Shown: in pieces, positions 57,855-64,000 of the stretch
How the letters are laid out: each line of letters starts with the position of its first letter
Numbering within the stretch: position 1 is the first letter of the stretch
Sequence record: PV654397.1
DNA length: 64,000 bases
Strand: one strand, 5' to 3'
The notes under the pieces: model-generated
The model's input: the letters and a program-made list of their open reading frames with translations, nothing else
What the model was told of the DNA's origin: nothing
Database searches by the model: none
Translations under genes and position numbers: made by a program

Positions 57855-58089
57855 TCTCTCGCCTCCATATCTCGGTTCTAATGTGTTGACATTGTGCTTC
57901 GATGAACATATCTATTGATTTGGCAATTGCGTTTTTATCTGTGCCAGTCATCAGTACAAGCATCTCGGCCTCACAGTGAAGTAAACGCATGATATCATAG
58001 GGTAATATTCCAGATACCGTGTCATAGTGTTTCTGTGCCAGTGTCTGTAATAGTTTACAATACATTTTGTGATTTAGTCTGTGTCGCAT
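57838..58089 (-). CDS. family B paralog (variant)
   Basis: MTGTDKNA. Confidence 0.7.
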   Translation of the reverse strand: MRHRLNHKMYCKLLQTLAQKHYDTVSGILPYDIMRLLHCEAEMLVLMTGTDKNAIAKSIDMFIEAQCQHIRTEIWRRENDNPK

Positions 58090-58325
58090 TTTTTATTCCA
58101 TTCTTTTTTGGCCTTGATGGTTTTATATTGGATTTGGTTTCTTAATGCTGATAAGTATCGTTGAATGAACAGATCTTGATAGTTTGTTCCAATGAATTTC
58201 ATAAGATAAAGTTCACCGTTGATAACATCCACTTCAGGTGCACCATATAAGGCATTGTTTTTTCTAAGGGCATGGATTAAAGAGAATAGGGCAGTTTGAT
58301 ACTCAACTCCTGATAAAGTCTTCAT
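58074..58325 (-). CDS. family B paralog
   Basis: IGTNYQD. Confidence 0.8.
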   Translation of the reverse strand: MKTLSGVEYQTALFSLIHALRKNNALYGAPEVDVINGELYLMKFIGTNYQDLFIQRYLSALRNQIQYKTIKAKKEWNKKCDTD

Positions 58326-58560
58326 GTTTTGTGAGCCAATAATCATCTAGTTTATCCTGTATAACATTCATTAATTGTTCGACATATTCTGTGCAAAACT
58401 TATCTTGATATTGAGTCCCCATAAAGTACAGCAACCATAGCTCATTAACTTTAGCTCGCATTTGGTTCCATGTAAGGCTGGGGTCATCGTAGACTATCCT
58501 TGCTATAGGGGTTAGTTTACGGACTATAGTTTCATATTCATCTAGTGTTAAGTGTTTCAT
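58303..58560 (-). CDS. family B paralog
   Basis: MGTQYQD. Confidence 0.8.
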   Translation of the reverse strand: MKHLTLDEYETIVRKLTPIARIVYDDPSLTWNQMRAKVNELWLLYFMGTQYQDKFCTEYVEQLMNVIQDKLDDYWLTKHEDFIRS

Positions 58561-58781
58561 TTACCTAAATCCCTGACATGACATTTTAAGGCCGTGATGT
58601 GGTTGTCAACCATAACCTCCTGATAGTTTGTTCCTACAAATGGTATTAATGTTGAGTCTGTTAGTATAACATACTTTTCATTGGATGTTAGTGATTCATC
58701 ATCGTAAACTTGAAGTCTAAAGTTCTTCCCTTGTTCTAATCGTTTAAGATATTCTTGGGTGTTTATGTCTTTCATTTGCAT
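58557..58781 (-). CDS. family B paralog
   Basis: VGTNYQE. Confidence 0.8.
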   Translation of the reverse strand: MQMKDINTQEYLKRLEQGKNFRLQVYDDESLTSNEKYVILTDSTLIPFVGTNYQEVMVDNHITALKCHVRDLGK

Positions 58782-58990
58782 TTGTCCCTTATTAGATCAG
58801 TGAGGGCAACTATGTGTGCAACAACATACTCTTCCTGAAAGTTCGTCCCCAGTACAGCCATCATGCGTATATCGGTGGTGTTTATCCTGTGTTCCCTTAC
58901 ACATAAACCTTCTGTGTGAGGAAGTGTAAAATATTTGTTTATTGCAGCAATGATAATTTTATTCTTCTCGTAATTACTTAAATGTTTCAT
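58772..58990 (-). CDS. family B paralog
   Basis: LGTNFQE. Confidence 0.8.
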   Translation of the reverse strand: MKHLSNYEKNKIIIAAINKYFTLPHTEGLCVREHRINTTDIRMMAVLGTNFQEEYVVAHIVALTDLIRDKCK

Positions 58991-59199
58991 AGTTTGCTCT
59001 TAATGTATTTCTGGAGTGCAATTATATACTCATTCAAGAAGTGCTCCTGATAATCTGTGCCGAGGAATGCACCCAATAGTATATCATTTTCCAATACTAA
59101 TGCTAAGTTCAAATCATCAGTCTCTTCATATACTATGAGAATTTCAAGTTGTCTTGCAGCGACGCGTTCGGTATATAGATTTGAGTTAATGCTATTCAT
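58987..59199 (-). CDS. family B paralog
   Basis: LGTDYQE. Confidence 0.8.
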   Translation of the reverse strand: MNSINSNLYTERVAARQLEILIVYEETDDLNLALVLENDILLGAFLGTDYQEHFLNEYIIALQKYIKSKL

Positions 59200-59408
59200 A
59201 GTTTACTCTTAATGTAATTCTGGAGTGCAATTAAGTATTCCCCTACATAATACACCTGAAAGTCTGTATCCAAAAATGCACCCATAAGTAAATCTTTTTC
59301 TAATACCCTTGATAAGTTAAGGTCTGCATTTGAATTGTATATAATTAAGATTTTATTCTGGACAGAAACAAAACGTATCTTATATTCTTCTGGTGTTAAA
59401 AAAATCAT
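59196..59408 (-). CDS. family B paralog
   Basis: LDTDFQV. Confidence 0.8.
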   Translation of the reverse strand: MIFLTPEEYKIRFVSVQNKILIIYNSNADLNLSRVLEKDLLMGAFLDTDFQVYYVGEYLIALQNYIKSKL

Positions 59409-59614
59409 AGTTTACTCTTAATATCTTCTATTAAAAAATGAATCCAATCGTCAACATACTCTTCCTGATGGTTTGTGTTCAGTACAGCCAACATGCGGAT
59501 CTCTGCTCTTGCAACTTGGATTTCAGTTTTAGAAAGGTCTTTGCTGATATCAAACATTAAGTCCATGTATTTCAAGATAAGACCGAATGATTGGGTTCGT
59601 GTTATAGTTTTCAT
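59405..59614 (-). CDS. family B paralog
   Basis: LNTNHQE. Confidence 0.8.
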   Translation of the reverse strand: MKTITRTQSFGLILKYMDLMFDISKDLSKTEIQVARAEIRMLAVLNTNHQEEYVDDWIHFLIEDIKSKL

Positions 59615-59811
59615 TGTTTCCTCGTGGACAATATTTCATTTTTCAATGCATCCATATATTGAATCACCCATCTTCCCTGATAGCTTGTACCCAATGTAAT
59701 CAAAAGGTATAACTCAATTCGTTCTAAGTTTGTGTCTGTGTTATAAATCTTTACCATGTTTTTACGTAACAGTTCTTGATAATCTTCTTTATTTAAAATA
59801 CGCATTTTCAT
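59611..59811 (-). CDS. family B paralog
   Basis: LGTSYQG. Confidence 0.8.
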   Translation of the reverse strand: MKMRILNKEDYQELLRKNMVKIYNTDTNLERIELYLLITLGTSYQGRWVIQYMDALKNEILSTRKQ

Positions 59812-60005
59812 AGTCTACCTTTTATGTCCCTTCGTAATTCTTGTAAGTATAGTTCGATATACTTTTCTTGATAGTTAGTTCCTATGAAAAGTTTCATAAC
59901 CAATTCACGCTTATATGCAATACCACGGATATGTGACATATGTAGGATATATGCCATGTTGGATATGAGTGTGTGGTTGTGCTCTTCTTGAGTTAAAATA
60001 CGCAT
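59808..60005 (-). CDS. family B paralog (first gene of the array)
   Basis: IGTNYQE; GGAG SD. Confidence 0.8.
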   Translation of the reverse strand: MRILTQEEHNHTLISNMAYILHMSHIRGIAYKRELVMKLFIGTNYQEKYIELYLQELRRDIKGRL

Positions 60006-60035
60006 AGGGACTCCATTAAAAATAATATCAATCCA

Positions 60036-60063
60036 ATAATATACGATTCATATAAAAAGTCAA
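60036..60063 (-). promoter_or_regulatory. sigma70 promoter of family B array
   Basis: TTGACT-N16-TATTAT. Confidence 0.7.
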
Positions 60064-60254
60064 TAACATTTTATAAGTAATACCCCTTTATCGAAGTCGC
60101 TAAGGTTACCCGCCCTTTAGCCCCCTACGCATTTTGCCATAGTCCAATCCCTTTTTATTCATAAAAGTCAAGGGATTACCTATGCATTTTTTTAACGCTG
60201 AAGTTTAAAAATGCCTTGACTTTTTTATGATTCAGTACTAAATCCCTTTACGCA

Positions 60255-60464
60255 TTAATCCTTCGTTACGCTTACGATTATCTGTGTATCCCCATAGTCC
60301 TGCCATACTTCCACGCCAGCCGTCGCCCTGGTTAGTCGTGCTGTCATCTGCTTAATGGTCTTAGGCTTTAGTGGAACCTGTTGCAGTACTGTACGCATAG
60401 TATCATCGACGTTATCGTGTACGCCTGCAATAGTGCCTAGGACGCTGTATACTGTATAGAACAT
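60255..60464 (-). CDS. early hypothetical protein
   Basis: 69 aa, GGAGG SD. Confidence 0.75.
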   Translation of the reverse strand: MFYTVYSVLGTIAGVHDNVDDTMRTVLQQVPLKPKTIKQMTARLTRATAGVEVWQDYGDTQIIVSVTKD

Positions 60465-60532
60465 ATGTATGCCCTCCTGATATAGTTAAGGCCGCTACAA
60501 GGCGGCCTATGATGTTTGGTGATGTGTAACGC

Positions 60533-60934
60533 TTACAGTCCTAAGATAGTGCGTGCTTCGTTACGTTCCGTGCACAGCTGCATGATGTGAGCAAGTAAGT
60601 CCTTGCTAATGTATCCGGTGTTCATAGCTTCACGAATAGATACATCATAAGCACCGAACCCCGTGCGAACGATACGCACATCATTCAGGTTAGTATTATA
60701 GATACCGCCGAGATCAACGGCTTCGAATACTACATCAACAGAATATTCATTGTTGCCATCGTGGAAGTTTTCCAGTGCAATAGTATTGGATACCGCCCAA
60801 CGTTTGCAGTTTCCAATGATGCGGCACTGTTCCGGTTGGATAGTGCCATTACTTACAGCGTACTCCAGTGCATCTTTACCAAAAGTCCGAGCCAGTACTA
60901 AAACGTCAGCGAAGGAAGTGATTGAGAAGGTCAT
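60533..60934 (-). CDS. early hypothetical protein
   Basis: ATG 60934 after AAGGAG. Confidence 0.8.
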   Translation of the reverse strand: MTFSITSFADVLVLARTFGKDALEYAVSNGTIQPEQCRIIGNCKRWAVSNTIALENFHDGNNEYSVDVVFEAVDLGGIYNTNLNDVRIVRTGFGAYDVSIREAMNTGYISKDLLAHIMQLCTERNEARTILGL

Positions 60935-60988
60935 GATAAAACTCCTTAATTTAGGAGGGAGAACCATTTCCCCCTCTCTATGTAAAAC

Positions 60989-61016
60989 ATTATACATGAA
61001 TCTAAGTACTATGCAA
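60989..61016 (-). promoter_or_regulatory. early promoter followed by leader hairpin
   Basis: TTGCAT-N16-TATAAT; AGTACT in spacer and upstream of -35. Confidence 0.8.
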
Positions 61017-61019
61017 GTA

Positions 61020-61355
61020 CTATTTCATTTTAATACCTGGATTCAGGTAACGGTGAGAGCCGTATTCTGGAGAGGTTTCGGTCCAGTACAGTAAATCGAT
61101 AGTCCCTTTAGCGTTAATCTTATCTACCAGCTTATTCATCTTAGCGTATACTACATCAGCATCGATGCGTTTAAAGCCAGTAGCTTTAGTGAAGTAGTAA
61201 TGATTTACTTCGCTATCGTTAAGGATATACCGAGAACCGTCAGCCGTTTGTGCGACAATGAATGAGAATGATACTTTACGATCAAGGCCGTCGCAGTATA
61301 CAGATGAATCATTGGTACGGATGAAAGCTTTAACGATATCGATTGAAGTACTCAT
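61020..61355 (-). CDS. early hypothetical protein
   Basis: 111 aa, AGGAG SD. Confidence 0.8.
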   Translation of the reverse strand: MSTSIDIVKAFIRTNDSSVYCDGLDRKVSFSFIVAQTADGSRYILNDSEVNHYYFTKATGFKRIDADVVYAKMNKLVDKINAKGTIDLLYWTETSPEYGSHRYLNPGIKMK

Positions 61356-61408
61356 GGTGAATCTCCTAACTTTGTGGGCCGTCGCACCGTTGCCGCCCTA
61401 CGAGATAC

Positions 61409-61437
61409 ATTATTGCAGTACTGATATACTTTGTCAA
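61409..61437 (-). promoter_or_regulatory. early promoter
   Basis: TTGACA-N17-AATAAT; AGTACT in spacer. Confidence 0.65.
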
Positions 61438-61546
61438 TACTTTTTTATTAATAGTTTTAGTTCCACCAGCAGATAGTTACTCACCGTTATTAACTATATA
61501 TTTTGGATACACCTATGCACCCTGTGGGCTAGTTTTTGTCTATGCG

Positions 61547-61588
61547 TATATAATAGCAAAGGGACTGACCGGAGTCAATCCCTTTTTT
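61547..61588 (-). repeat. terminator-promoter cassette, copy 1 (42-bp exact repeat)
   Basis: hairpin with UCCG loop carrying TTGACT-N17-TATTAT; identical at 63807-63848. Confidence 0.85.
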
Positions 61589-61601
61589 TATTCTTTTTTT
61601 G

Positions 61602-61802
61602 TTAGATGATTCTCCAATCATCAACGATCATGGTAAGATACCGAACCAGTGATTCGAGTGATTCGTGTTCTCGATAGTCTGCCGCTCCACCAGCGGTACA
61701 AGTACAGCCGATTAAGCCGTTTTGTAGTTCCTGGATCTTTACGTCGATCTGGTTGGCTTTAGCTTCTTTCAGTACTTCAACCAGGGCGATAGCGATAGAC
61801 AT
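61602..61802 (-). CDS. early hypothetical protein
   Basis: 66 aa, CxC, GGAG SD. Confidence 0.75.
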   Translation of the reverse strand: MSIAIALVEVLKEAKANQIDVKIQELQNGLIGCTCTAGGAADYREHESLESLVRYLTMIVDDWRII

Positions 61803-61857
61803 AATGTTTTACTCCAAACTATTGGCGGGAGAACTATTCCCCCGCTCTATGTAAAAC

Positions 61858-61885
61858 ATTATACATTACTGGTTAGTACTGTCAA
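61858..61885 (-). promoter_or_regulatory. early promoter followed by leader hairpin
   Basis: TTGACA-N16-TATAAT; AGTACT overlaps -35. Confidence 0.85.
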
Positions 61886-61892
61886 ATAGTTT

Positions 61893-62150
61893 TTATGAAA
61901 TATCTTCGATGTAGTCGGCCCATTTCATTTTTTCAGTACTGTCAATGGCTACCGGATTATTTGGATCAAACCATTCACCATCACCGCAATACATACCCAC
62001 GGCTACGGTTTTATAGCCATCCTGGGCCGTACACCACGACATTGCACGATAGATATGGCCTTTAACTGGTTGCAGTACTGGTAACGTTTTATGGTCTTCT
62101 ACGTAGGCCATAGCTTGAGGATTTACCCGATATTGTGTGAACTGATCCAT
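61893..62150 (-). CDS. early hypothetical protein
   Basis: 85 aa. Confidence 0.75.
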   Translation of the reverse strand: MDQFTQYRVNPQAMAYVEDHKTLPVLQPVKGHIYRAMSWCTAQDGYKTVAVGMYCGDGEWFDPNNPVAIDSTEKMKWADYIEDIS

Positions 62151-62178
62151 TATGTTTCCCCTTGTAGTTAGTAAAGTT

Positions 62179-62207
62179 ATTACATCAGTACTATCAAGCT
62201 ATGTCAA
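62179..62207 (-). promoter_or_regulatory. early promoter
   Basis: TTGACA-N17-TGTAAT; AGTACT in spacer and upstream. Confidence 0.7.
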
Positions 62208-62226
62208 TAGTACTGAAATAAAACTT

Positions 62227-62451
62227 TTAGATTAGATTATTGAGGCCGTCAATGGTAGACTCACTTTCTTCTTTCTCCCATTGTCGGTAGTACTTCCATG
62301 CTTCATGATAGGTGGCGATTAGTTCATCTTTTTGATCCTGGTTACATGCCAGTACTGAATCACGGTGAGCGGTGTTATAGATAGAATCGAATGATTTCTT
62401 CTCTTCTGCCAGGTTAGCTACTTCCCGCATCAGTTCATCAAAGTTAGCCAT
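62227..62451 (-). CDS. early hypothetical protein
   Basis: 74 aa, AGGAG SD. Confidence 0.75.
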   Translation of the reverse strand: MANFDELMREVANLAEEKKSFDSIYNTAHRDSVLACNQDQKDELIATYHEAWKYYRQWEKEESESTIDGLNNLI

Positions 62452-62498
62452 TTTATTACTCCTTTTAGTGGGGGAGGATATCTCCCCCTATGCAAAAC

Positions 62499-62526
62499 AT
62501 TATACTTTGTTTTAGTTATTATGCAA
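62499..62526 (-). promoter_or_regulatory. early promoter followed by leader hairpin
   Basis: AGTAC-TTGCAT-N16-TATAAT. Confidence 0.8.
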
Positions 62527-62782
62527 GTACTTTTTTCATATAAACATTAAATTCTACACCGCCGTAACCTTCCACGATGATATGTTTTGCGTTATCACGT
62601 TTGCACATAGTGAAACCGTTGTTGATATGTTCTGCATTTTCCAGGGCGACATCACCGATAGCGGCACATACGGCACTAATAACAGTATTCCGCAAAGTAC
62701 TGGTATCATTGGCGGTCATAGTAGTTTGCAGTACTACGTTGTCGTATACGTGTGCATTGATAGTGATTTCGATAGTGTTCAT
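62519..62782 (-). CDS. early hypothetical protein
   Basis: ATG 62782 after AGGAG. Confidence 0.75.
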   Translation of the reverse strand: MNTIEITINAHVYDNVVLQTTMTANDTSTLRNTVISAVCAAIGDVALENAEHINNGFTMCKRDNAKHIIVEGYGGVEFNVYMKKVLA

Positions 62783-62834
62783 GGTGTATCTCCTGGACTT
62801 GAGGGGAAACCATTTCCCCCTCTCGATATAAAAC

Positions 62835-62862
62835 ATTATACGTTAATCTAACTACAATGCAA
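62835..62862 (-). promoter_or_regulatory. early promoter followed by leader hairpin
   Basis: AGTAC-TTGCAT-N16-TATAAT. Confidence 0.8.
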
Positions 62863-62869
62863 GTACTTT

Positions 62870-63061
62870 TTAAATTTTATTTCCGATATAGTCCGGTCTA
62901 TTCTTTTCGGTCATACGCTTTGCTAATGTCTGCATATGGCTTATAGCGTTCAAGGTGTCTTCCTCCAGGGATGAATCAAGATAATCAGGATCATTCTTCA
63001 CCTTGCAATGATTATGATATCGTAGTACTGCCAGTACTTTTTTAACTTCTTCTACTGTCAT
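62870..63061 (-). CDS. early hypothetical protein
   Basis: 63 aa. Confidence 0.7.
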   Translation of the reverse strand: MTVEEVKKVLAVLRYHNHCKVKNDPDYLDSSLEEDTLNAISHMQTLAKRMTEKNRPDYIGNKI

Positions 63062-63330
63062 AATAAGTACCCCACTTCGTTAGCTTTCAGGTTAGTATCA
63101 ATCATCAGTGGATTTTTGTAGTTCACAAAACGATTAGTTTTTTCGATAGCAAATCCCATATAATCCAGCTTACTAACAGTACATTCATTCTTAAAAACTT
63201 CTTTCGCTGCATCGATTGCTGATTGCATGGATAACCGACCATCTAAATTAATGTTTCCAAATGATCCACCAGCAGAAGTAGGATTACCGTTCATATCTTT
63301 AATGATCATAGTAGCGGAGTAGCTAGACAT
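63058..63330 (-). CDS. early hypothetical protein
   Basis: 90 aa, AGGA SD. Confidence 0.75.
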   Translation of the reverse strand: MSSYSATMIIKDMNGNPTSAGGSFGNINLDGRLSMQSAIDAAKEVFKNECTVSKLDYMGFAIEKTNRFVNYKNPLMIDTNLKANEVGYLL

Positions 63331-63383
63331 AATTTTGTTTCCTTTTAGTATCGGGGAGAACTATTCTCCCCTTGATGTAAACT

Positions 63384-63411
63384 ATTATACAGTACTGGTA
63401 TACTTTGTCAA
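63384..63411 (-). promoter_or_regulatory. early promoter followed by leader hairpin
   Basis: TTGACA-N16-TATAAT; AGTACT in spacer. Confidence 0.85.
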
Positions 63412-63414
63412 TAC

Positions 63415-63636
63415 TTAATTACGGTTAAAATGATATGTGCCTTTATCATCCTGTACGCCCCATACTGATTTACCATCAACACCAGTGAAGCCGGATTGTA
63501 ATTCAATATGGAAACCATTATTATCAACTACAAAAACTTTTTTATTTTCATCCCGATAACATTGATATTCTGAATCAACATTAAAGGCCGCATCATTCAG
63601 TAGATTGGAAGCGTAAATGCAAGTCATTGTAGTCAT
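63415..63636 (-). CDS. early hypothetical protein
   Basis: 73 aa, AAGGA SD. Confidence 0.75.
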   Translation of the reverse strand: MTTMTCIYASNLLNDAAFNVDSEYQCYRDENKKVFVVDNNGFHIELQSGFTGVDGKSVWGVQDDKGTYHFNRN

Positions 63637-63687
63637 GATTTTATTCCTTATTGCCAGGGAGAACCGTTCCCCCTCTCGATATAAAAC

Positions 63688-63715
63688 ATTATACTTGATT
63701 CTAAGTACAATGCAA
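63688..63715 (-). promoter_or_regulatory. early promoter followed by leader hairpin
   Basis: AGTAC-TTGCAT-N16-TATAAT. Confidence 0.8.
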
Positions 63716-63806
63716 GTACTTTTTAAAAAATAGTTTTCAGTACTGAATACTTATATAATAGATACACTTCCGCACCCTATGGGTCAGTGAGTTATCTCTC
63801 AATGGA

Positions 63807-63848
63807 TATATAATAGCAAAGGGACTGACCGGAGTCAATCCCTTTTTT
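63807..63848 (-). repeat. terminator-promoter cassette, copy 2
   Basis: identical to 61547-61588. Confidence 0.85.
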
Positions 63849-63856
63849 AATCTTTT

Positions 63857-64000
63857 TTATCGTGTTACCTTACTTGCTGCCACATCACGCTTTTTATAGT
63901 ACTGATTCCAGATATTGCTGGTTAAACCGTAATCAAGTACTTTAATAAGTCCATTACGATCCTGGCCGATATTCTGTTTTCTGATATCTCTTATCGTTAG
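63857..64000 (-). CDS. C-terminal fragment of a Ser/Thr protein kinase-like gene (runs off window)
   Basis: RDIRKQNIG catalytic loop and KVLDYG (DFG equivalent); not in ORF track. Confidence 0.7.
   Translation of the reverse strand, partial: LTIRDIRKQNIGQDRNGLIKVLDYGLTSNIWNQYYKKRDVAASKVTR

Larger units (their letters stand above)
53849..60005 (-). repeat. family B tandem array, 28 contiguous ~70-aa paralogs
   Basis: about 220-bp periodicity of GGAACAAACTATCAAG-like (GTNYQE) cores. Confidence 0.9.

Noticed and set aside
53849-60005. CRISPR-like periodicity
   Set aside because: The repeats are degenerate coding motifs in open, coupled frames, not identical direct repeats, and no cas genes are present.
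53287-60005. Family B N-terminal LSxxEY resembling family A LSEEEYFQ
   Set aside because: This is a generic S/T-x-x-E helix capping box and is not enough to claim homology.
63-62851. Plus-strand ORFs and nested alternate-frame minus ORFs in the track
   Set aside because: They shadow well-supported minus-strand genes and lack SD or promoter context.
1-64000. tRNA, rRNA, transposase or integrase genes
   Set aside because: No cloverleaf or recognisable catalytic motif was seen by eye. tRNAscan-SE or ARAGORN would be decisive.

Overview
AT-rich (about 30% GC by eye) segment of a large lytic phage. The gene set resembles RaK2/GAP32/CBB-type enterobacterial jumbo myoviruses (inference, not database-checked). 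Essentially all real genes are on the minus strand. 0-24 kb: recognisable enzymes (ClpP, two metallophosphoesterases, ATP-dependent DNA ligase, PNK/phosphatase, RNA ligase 1, HIGH-family nucleotidyltransferase, phage N6-adenine MTase) mixed with a dispersed family of about 90-aa paralogs (family C) and a ~570-bp structured, apparently non-coding island (20.82-21.42 kb). 25-54 kb: about 47 clear (plus about 6 degenerate) divergent paralogs sharing an acidic-FQxS motif (family A). 53.8-60.0 kb: 28 contiguous ~70-aa LGTNYQE paralogs (family B; 33 in the window). 60-64 kb: GC-richer early-type region dense in sigma70 promoters and leader hairpins, ending in the 3' end of a protein kinase gene. The palindrome AGTACT is strongly over-represented everywhere, including inside promoters. 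A 50-N gap flanked by an imperfect inverted repeat lies at 44156-44205. No tRNA, rRNA, CRISPR array, transposase or reverse transcriptase was recognised. All counts are hand counts.
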